Positions 55,761-64,000 of a DNA stretch of 64,000 nucleotides are shown here, one piece after another. The notes under the pieces are model-generated. The model saw nothing but the letters and a program-made list of their open reading frames with translations, was not told the origin of the DNA and did no database searches. The translations under genes and the position numbers were made by a program. The DNA comes from Octopus vulgaris (lineage: Eukaryota). Position 1 is the stretch's first letter, and each line of letters begins with the position of its first letter. The stretch covers positions 82,336,001 to 82,400,000 of the forward strand of contig OX597814.1 of NCBI GenBank assembly GCA_951406725.2. The letters are read 5' to 3'.

Positions 55761-56431
55761 TGAATGTGTTGTTGACACATTTAGTCATTATTCTCTCCAC
55801 TTGCACTCTGGTGCTATCTCTGAGGTAAAACTAGCTGGTAAAATAAAGATTCCAGATTCAATCTCTGACCTATTTCAAGAATATTACTTGAAGACAATTG
55901 GGAAAAATATCATTTAAAACACTGTGCCAACAACACATCTAAGAAGAGGAAACAGACATTACTATAATTTTATCTCAGAAAAAAATTTTTTTATAGAAAA
56001 TAATAAACAATTCAAACTAAGCAAAAAAAAAAAAAAAAAAACCAAAATGTTTAACCATTTTAAAATGACAATCCTCCAAGACAATAAGTCAGAGGTTAGA
56101 ACAACAGCTATCATTTAACATGTTGCTTCCATGCTGGCAAGGGTTAAACAGTTCAACAGGTTTTGACATGCTGGAGGATTATGTCATGCTCCAATGTCTA
56201 CTTTCGTATGGCTTCTACAGCTGAGTGTGGTTCCTAACACCAACCATTTTACAGAGTGTACTGGGTGCTTTTTCATGGAACCACTACTAGTGAAGACTGC
56301 CTCAAAATAAAGGTCTCAAGGTCAATACCTGGTCAAGCTCAGGAATATAACTTGAAGATGATGAGATAGACTTCACCAATAAAAGCGATTTTCAACAACT
56401 TCAGAATTTTGCAACTGGAAAAGATAGTTAC

Positions 56432-56509
56432 CTCCTCTTCACTGTCACTATCCTCCGAAGATGAGCTACCACTTTTGGTTCCTTCTTCACAATCCAAACC
56501 TTTTTGCTT
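56432..56509 (-). CDS. PDAP1: PDAP1 exon, acidic serine-rich segment (KQKGLDCEEGTKSGSSSSEDSDSEEE)
   Basis: ttctag acceptor, GTAACT donor, 78 bp phase 0/0. Joins the flanking exons in frame and supplies the acidic Ser/Asp/Glu stretch of PDAP1. Not in the ORF track. Confidence 0.85.
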
Positions 56510-56989
56510 CTAGAATTCAATAAAGAAAAATTTCATGACCAAAAGTAATCTAAGAAATGCATAAAAGTTACACATTGCTGTTACAAAAATATCATCATTA
56601 AAAAATTAGTTATTCCCACTCAACAACATAAAAAAACTTACATTCTTGTGGGTGACCAATCTGCAGCTCATGTGGAGATAGCTTCAATAGATAGATCAAC
56701 CCCTAACAGGTAACCAATAAATTGCATTAAGCGAAAGTTCATATAAGACAACTATGTGCTTGTGACATTTATATCATACTTTACACAGATCCAAATTTAT
56801 TAAAACTATTACCAATAACACCTGGATGATACTTCTCTATTGCCCTATCTTCATAAAGGAAAAAAAGAAAAAAAAAAAACTTTTACTTTAACTGCAGTTA
56901 AATAAGCTAGTTTGCAAGAGTTAAAAAAGATGCTAAGGAAGCAGAACAAGAAGTTCAAAATCCTAGTCATTGAAGATGATCAGGCTAAT

Positions 56990-57800
56990 AATAATTCTAA
57001 CTTAAGACATAAGGTTAGCAATTTTGGTGGGAGAAAAGTTTACTTGTTGCCATCAACCCAGGTACATCACTAGTACTTTTTTTCAACTCTAAAGATATGA
57101 AAGGCAAAATTAACCTTGGTGGGATTTGAATTCAGGACATAAAGAGCCAGCAGAAATACTAACAATTCTGCTAGCTTACCACCTCTATATTTTACAATTT
57201 CAAGAAAAGGCCCAAAATTTTAGGTCGAGGTTAGGTGATTATAAACACTCCAGTATTTGACTGGTACTTAAGAGATAAAAAAAGTCAACCTCAGCAGAAT
57301 TTGAACTCAGAACGTAAAGACAAAAAAAATGCTACTAAGCATCTTGCCCAACAGGCTAACAATTCTGCCAGCTCACCACCATAATAATGATAATAGTTTC
57401 TAATTTAGGTACAAGGCCAAGAATTTTAGATGGTCAGGATTAGCTGACCCTAGTACATGACTGGTAATCTATTGTATCGACCACCAGAGGGATGAAGAGC
57501 AAAGTTGATCTTGCCAAGATTTGAAATTGGAATGTAAATAACTGGAAGAGGTGCTGCAAGGCATTTTTCCAGAGCACAAACTATTTTGCCAAGTTGCTAT
57601 CTTACTACAACAACAATTGTTTCCAATTAAGACACAAGCCCAAATGTTTTGGGAGTGGAAAGTCAATTAGATCCATCTCAACACTTGATAGACAATGAGA
57701 GGAAGAAAGGAAATTTACTCAGGCCAGATTTGAACTTGGAAAATAAAATGATACCACCAGAAATTACTAAGTATTTTTTCTTACTCTCTACCATTTCTGA
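56990..57800 (-). mobile_element. Degenerate head-to-tail array of about four family B SINEs
   Basis: Recurrent (A/G)ATTTGAA(C/T)TC.., ATGAAAGGCAAA/AAGTCAACCTC and CAAGGCC motifs at ~200-bp spacing. Confidence 0.65.
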
Positions 57801-57899
57801 CCAAAGCAAAAAACCAATTTCGTAGGAGTATAGTTGGTTAAACAGCTGCATTATTTTAATTCAAAGTAAGAAAGTTATAACTAAATACCACAGAGATTT

Positions 57900-58200
57900 T
57901 TATAATCAGGATGGCATCGTATCTCAGTTACGTGAGGGCTTTTCTTCCAGAAAGCACAGAACATGGAGAAAAGCAAAATTAACTGAGATGGATGTCAGAA
58001 AATACTGACTTCCAAAAAGTGGAAAAAATAAATTGTAGGAAAAAAAGTTTGCAGATGGTGTTCGCTGCAAAAAAAAAAACTGCAAAAGGATTTCATGTCA
58101 AGACCTCATATATGTGTTTGCCCTGCAAAGTGTGCTTTGGAAAGTTTTACGATAGAAATATGGCATAACTATATTTTGTTTGTTTGATAGTAATACCATC
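57900..58200 (+). mobile_element. Possible piggyBac transposase C-terminal Cys-rich remnant
   Basis: Broken frames read CRWC.. and KTSYMCLPCKVCFGKFY, resembling the piggyBac C-terminal Cys-rich domain. A MITE-family terminus ..CTAAAGGG-TTAA lies downstream at 58836-58839. Confidence 0.45.
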
Positions 58201-59431
58201 ATATATTCCTTTCACTTTATTAGATATGTGAAAGTGAGAAATACATTTAATTTTCAGTATGTTACACACCTGTATTCATCTTTGCTTCATCTGTTAATGA
58301 GCTTTTTTTATTAAAAGCATTCTGTTATGTAAATGTATAAGAGTACATAGCCAATGATATACCGACTAGTAAAAGAGCTTTGTACTTTATTTTCAATGAA
58401 AATGTTTGAATGAAATATAGAGAAAGAATAAAATCTTGTACTGATTATACCTGTATTTTAATTAATTCAAATTAATATACCTCATCATGAAAAGTGGCAA
58501 AATTGTTGGCGGTTGATATCTGGGATAATTTTAGTAAAAATTCAAACAGGTAAGCTGCATTAAGAAATTCAATTTTAGTGTTTATCCATAATGTTATTAC
58601 TTTTACACCTGTTAATTAAATTTACCTGCCCATAAAAGTCAAATTTAATCAGCAAGATCAAAAATTATATAACTATAATCCACTGGTATATAAGTACCCA
58701 CTGACAAAATTTCATATCTACATGTAAAAAATTAAAGTTACAAGCAAATATTGAACACCCCTCTTGAACCTGAATAATTCAGAATAACGTGAACAAATAA
58801 GTATTACGTTTGATATTAATCTGAACACTAAAGGGTTAAATTAGAGAGAAAATACCTTTATTAAAAGCCTTAGTGACTTAAGTAACAAACTAGATCTGAC
58901 CAGTAATTAAAACCCACTTTTCTGAAACTTAGCATTTACTATACAAATCATTAAGTACAAGGTCAATATACAAATTAACAACTAGTACATTAACTGAACT
59001 CATTTTATAAACTCAAGAAGAATGAAAGATAAAATCAACTTTGGTGAGATTAGAACTAGGAATGCAAAAAGGATATTGCTAAAATCCATGTTTTGTTTAA
59101 TCTAGTATTTTACTGCTTCTGGCATCAAAATTAGATTCCAATTATTATCAAGTTATTTTCTGTCAGATAACAATAGTAAAAAGAAGTATTTTTGTTTGTC
59201 TTGCAGTAACCAGATAAATAGCTACCTCTGGTCAATTGTAATCTTTAATTCAGTATTTAACTTATTAACCATAGGCAAATTTAATCAATGAAAAAGTGCT
59301 TAACACCAACTCCAATTAGAGTACTAAATTCTTTTTTAAACAAATTCACCTTCAAAGTCTTAATTCATAAATGAATTAAGATGCTAGTCAAATTTATTTT
59401 CCTCTATAAAAAACAACAAAAACAAACTTAC

Positions 59432-59544
59432 TCTCCAGGCCTTTTTCTTTTCTTCTTCATGTTGTTGAGCAAGTTCTTCTTCATTTGTGAACATCCGCCT
59501 TTGACCTTTATGGCTTTTTTTGCCACGTCCAGCAGTAGTACCTC
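59432..59544 (-). CDS. PDAP1: PDAP1 (28 kDa heat- and acid-stable phosphoprotein) coding exon, probably exon 2 (GTTAGRGKKSHKGQRRMFTNEEELAQQHEEEKKKAWR)
   Basis: ttttag acceptor, GTAAGT donor, 113 bp starting in phase 1. Resembles the PDAP1 N-terminal HKG..R..T..EE motif. The start-codon exon was not found in the window. Confidence 0.88.
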
Positions 59545-59612
59545 CTAAAATAGACAAATTAGAGAAATCTCTTTGCAATATATATTTATATATAATATGT
59601 AAAGCATTTTAA

Positions 59613-59818
59613 CCCTTTAGCATTCAGATTATTCTGTCAAATGTAATGCTTATTTATTCACATTGTTTTGAATTAATCATGCTTTATCTCATAGCTTTGA
59701 GATTTTGATGATCTGATTGTATATTTCTAAAATGACATTGTGGAGTAGGTGTGACAGGCTGAATTTAAACCTAAAACCAGTAGAATATTTGAGCCTGATA
59801 TGGCTAAATGCTAAAGGG
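59613..59818. mobile_element. piggyBac-type MITE, best-preserved copy
   Basis: TTAA TSD on both sides and a 12-bp TIR CCCTTTAGCATT / AATGCTAAAGGG. Confidence 0.88.
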
Positions 59819-60465
59819 TTAATTATAGTGATTTCTAATTAAGCACACAGTCACAGATTCATTAAGTGAAATGATTAAGATTGTGTTGTGTTTCAACTAG
59901 CTTAAGAACTCAGCTGGTAAATACTATTTTAAATTTAACTGTGCACAAGAACTTTTTTTTAAGCCAGTATATTTCTAATCTGAGCAGTTAGCCTCTTTCT
60001 CTTTGAAAATCAAAGAGATACTCACAGCAACAGGACAGCTGACCTCTTTGAAGGTACATACTTTCCCTCATCCTTAGTCATACTTCACATGTACCAAATA
60101 ACCATAGCAGCACTGCTCTTTCTTACACATTACACCTAACTTCTCTTGTACTCCGTGTTCTGTCAGCTCATTTATACTCTGACATCCATGCATTCAATGA
60201 AACACACTTGCTGTATTTCTTTCTAGCTTTCACATGTCTTTTGCTTGCAAGACCTACACCTCACTACTATACAGCATTGCAGTTTGAACACAAGCATCAT
60301 ACAATCTCCCTTTCATCTTGTAGGACAAAACCATTGATATCAGCAGAGCTAAGAGCTCAAACTTTTTCCATCCAGTTCTTACTATGGTTACTACACTTTT
60401 TGGAACAAACACCTCTGCTGCTAACTATGTCGCCTTGCTAACAGAAATTATCAACTACTACTACT

Positions 60466-60510
<45 letters not shown>

Positions 60511-61401
60511 TTGTTTAACGTCTGCCTTCCATGCTGGCATGGGTTGTACAATTTGATAGGAACTGGCCAAGCAGAAGCCCACACCAGACTTCTGTGTGTT
60601 TTGATAGTTTTTACAGCTGGATGCCCTTCCTAACACCAACCACCCAAGACAAGACATAAATAATGGTCATTACATATTTCTTTGTTGTAGTAAATTTGAC
60701 TTACAACCATTTCCAGTAGTCATTATAAGTTCATTATTGATTGGTCCTCAGTAGTCCCCACCAGAGGCTTGGCTCTATGAGTAAAAAGTTTGGTTTAACA
60801 AATAGTTTCATATTCAATTCCATTGCATATTGCCTTGGATAAGTGAAATTTTTGTAGACATAAACAGTATGGAAGCCCATTGCATACGTGTTTGTTTCCA
60901 TGTGTTTCTGCACTAAAACTGCTTGGACAGCAGGTGTGTATGTGTGTGTGTTTCTCTCTCTGGCACCTTGGTGGTTCAATGCAACAAAGGCATGTAATAA
61001 AGTACCTCACTTAAAAAGAAGTAAGGGTTGTGTCAGGAAAAGTGTCCAGCTGTACAGGACTGCCTCAATAAATCTCACCTACTTTTTCAGTAGGGAAAAG
61101 TGTATAAGAAGACAGAAATACATAAGTTTATATACATCATGTGATATATTTGAAATTTTATATACAGATGAAGAAATGTATTTGTATATGTGAGTTTATG
61201 TATAAGTGTATGGACTTTGGATTGCATCTATTTATAACATGTAACTATGTTTGTATGTCTTAGAAAGAATTTGTATTCAACCATTGTTCCTTAAAAACAC
61301 CTGTTCCAATTCTCCACATGAGATTTCAGCTACAGCAAATAGAGTATAAACGACAATTAACTTCATTTAACTAAGGAATTTGATACCAACTCAACTTTGG
61401 T

Positions 61402-61622
61402 TTAATCCTTTAGCATTCAAATTATTCTGTCAAAAGTAATGCTTATTTATTCACATTGTTTTGAAGTAATCATGCATTATCTTGTAGCTTCAAGATTTTG
61501 ATGATGTGATTGTTTATTTTTAGAATAACACTGCATGGTAGGGATGAGAGGCCTGATCTGAACAATAAAGCAGGTAGAAAACTTGGGCCTAAAATGGCAA
61601 GTTTGAATATTAAAGTGTTAAT
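61402..61622. mobile_element. piggyBac-type MITE
   Basis: TTAA-TCCTTTAGCATTC...TAAAGTG-TTAA, collinear with 59613-59818. Confidence 0.78.
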
Positions 61623-62039
61623 CTGAGCACATCATCACTCTTAATCCAAGATTTTTCCACCAACACAAAATTTCTTTTTTCACCTAAAGTAATTGACTAG
61701 CCCCAATAAAAAAATATATTCAATTTTACATTGCTACAAATGTTACTGGTCTTTAGTTCTATTGACTAGCTACATGCAACAAACTGTATCCTAACAAGAG
61801 GTAATTACGCATAATTGATATCCACAACTACAGAACTTCAGTCTAACAAAGTCAACCATCATCAAAACTTGGAAGTCACTGCCATTTTGCTTTTGTCAAA
61901 TAATTTTATATTCTACATACATTTGGAATTTTCAGTTAATGTTTGAATGTACAATTATATATACATACATATAGACACACACAATAAGATATAATGATAA
62001 ATGAATATTATGATATATTAAATACGTTATAATACAGGT

Positions 62040-62575
62040 GGCTAAAACAAAAGTGAGTGAAATTAGATAGATGGAAACTGTAGAAGCACACCAAATGGAT
62101 TGTACCTTTAACAAAAAGGTCCAGCCTAATCACAGTGTCATGCAGATACTGCCTGGGAATTACAAATAAGGTAACACATGGCTGTGGATTTTTCAGTCAC
62201 TTACATGCTATTTCAGTGAACCTGGTAATCCAGTTGATTGAAATGAATGTCCATGGCTGGAAATTCTGACCAAGAACCATTACGTACACACTGTGGCCTC
62301 TTCTGTCATAAATGACAAATGAATGCTCCTCAATTCCTTACTGAACAACAGCATGGATGATTTGTTTAAAATGATCAAATATCTGTGCTGTACATTAGCT
62401 CACACCCTCCATCGAATCTCTACATTGCCTGTGCAGGTGCACAGTGTGCCACATGTCATTTGTGGAAATGATCACAGAGCAAAGTGAAATGAAGGGTTTT
62501 GCTCCAAAACGCATACACTACCCAGTCAAAGAACTGTGAGTGCAACACCCTAACCACAAGGCTATGTGCTTTCAT
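62040..62575 (-). mobile_element. Degenerate tRNA-derived SINE (family C related)
   Basis: CCCTAACCAC..GGCTATG head and GAGCAAAGTGAAATGAAG.GT.TTGCTC motif, as at 3580-3700 and 11160-11265. Confidence 0.5.
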
Positions 62576-62959
62576 TATAGGTGGTGAAGTGATAGAGGCA
62601 GAGTGTTTGATAGAAATTTAGCAACCACCACCAGTCAATTTTGCCTTTGATCTTTTCTGTGTTGATAAATAAATTTCCAATCCATGATGGTGGACTGTCA
62701 GAAAGCAACCTTACAGCTTTTTGCATTTGAATTCAAATTCCACCTAGATGCTTAAAAAGCACCCACAGGCCTCATGCAACAAGTGTGCAGTCCTCAAAAC
62801 AAAGCCAGCAATAAACAGATGGTGCTGAGCAGATGAGTTCCTTCTGCTGGGGTGACATGCAAAAATGCATGTAGCATGAACCTGGACTATACACGAGTTG
62901 TCATACAGTACCCACCTAGATAATTTATCCCGATATACTTGTGAGTGTATATACACACT

Positions 62960-63612
62960 ATAACCAAATTTTAACACAAAGCCAGCAGTAATGAGGTTGG
63001 AGAAGTTGATTATTACACTGATCTTATTATTTGACTGGCACTATATTTTACTGACTGTCCCACAGACACATACACATGAATGGATGAATGGCAAGGTTGA
63101 CCTCAGCGGGATTCAAACTCAATACATAAAGAACAAGAAAAGAATGTCGCTCCACATTTAGTCCAATGCACTGACAGTTCTGTTGGCCCACCTAATAATA
63201 ATAATTCTATCTACTACAGGCACAAGAAAACAGCATTTTGTCCAACATGTTGACAATTATGCCAGCACATCTCATAATAATGATTTCAAATTCTGGCATA
63301 GGGCCAACAATTTTAGGGGAGGAGTAAGCTAGTTACATCACCACCCAGTATTCAACTGGTACTTTTGCCAGCTTGCCACCTTTAATAATATAATGGCTTC
63401 AAATTTTGGCACAAGGACAGTATTATCAAGGAAGACAGTAAGTCAATTACATTAATCCCAGAGATCAACTGATAATTATTTTATCAACCCTAAAAGGATG
63501 GAAAGCAAAGTCAACCTCGGTGGAATTTGAACTCAACACAAGAATGAATGAATGAAAATATTGCTAAGCATTTTGCCCAGCAAGCTAACGATTTTGTCAG
63601 TTTGCCACCTTA
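62960..63612 (-). mobile_element. Cluster of complete and partial family B SINEs
   Basis: AAAGTCAACCTCGGTGGAATTTGAACTC, CTTGCCACCTT heads and TTCAAATTTTGGCACAAGG tails repeated. Confidence 0.7.
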
Positions 63613-64000
63613 ATAACAATGAAAAGTGCTTACTGCAATTACTGACTGACTGACACTTTAGCACTAACCAGCTGACAGCATTATCAATGATCACACTGGT
63701 CAACAAAAAAAAATTTTTTGAAAAGGTGTCAAGACACCAAACATCTTTTCTTAGCTAATTTGAGGGCACTGAATCTGAAAATGACCTTACTTTTTCTTGG
63801 TTAGCTACCGTTTTTGCTGTACAGAAATGCCATATTTGGGGGGAAAAAAGCATTTTGATTTATTTTCTATATATTTGATATTGATCGATGGCAATATTTC
63901 TCAAAGTAAAATCGTAGAAACCTCTCAATTCATATTTAAACCAACAAATATTCGTCTCCTTATTGAGAAATACTATTTTTGCAGTAACTACCAGACCCTA

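Noticed and set aside
59545-64000. PDAP1 first coding exon (expected ATG CCN ... phase-1 donor)
   Set aside because: No convincing candidate or CpG-rich promoter was seen. It is probably beyond 64000.

Overview
Eukaryotic, AT-rich, repeat-dense animal genomic DNA. The SINE/RTE/Penelope/microsatellite landscape suggests a coleoid cephalopod such as Octopus (inference). Two spliced housekeeping genes lie in tandem on the minus strand. PDAP1 has five coding exons at 59544 to 47395, with exon 1 outside the window. GMP reductase (GMPR) has its first two coding exons at 28077-27991 and 4188-4069, separated by a 23.8 kb intron. Almost all ORFs in the supplied track are microsatellite or transposon-derived noise. 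The rest is decayed mobile DNA: RTE and R4/Dong-like LINEs, Penelope-like elements (PLEs), three tRNA-derived SINE families, mariner remnants, piggyBac-type MITEs, Helitron/Helentron-type elements and very long (TA)n tracts. The most interesting item is a PLE family seen twice (20454-20801 and 53319-54074). Its 3' module combines a tRNA-like Pol III promoter with a minimal hammerhead ribozyme, and both copies have an inverted terminal duplication and similar ACAATWTTG target-site duplications. Other hammerhead-like motifs, microsatellite-flanked palindromes and two roughly 1-kb-range templated insertions are also reported. Repeat boundaries are approximate unless a TSD or TIR is quoted.
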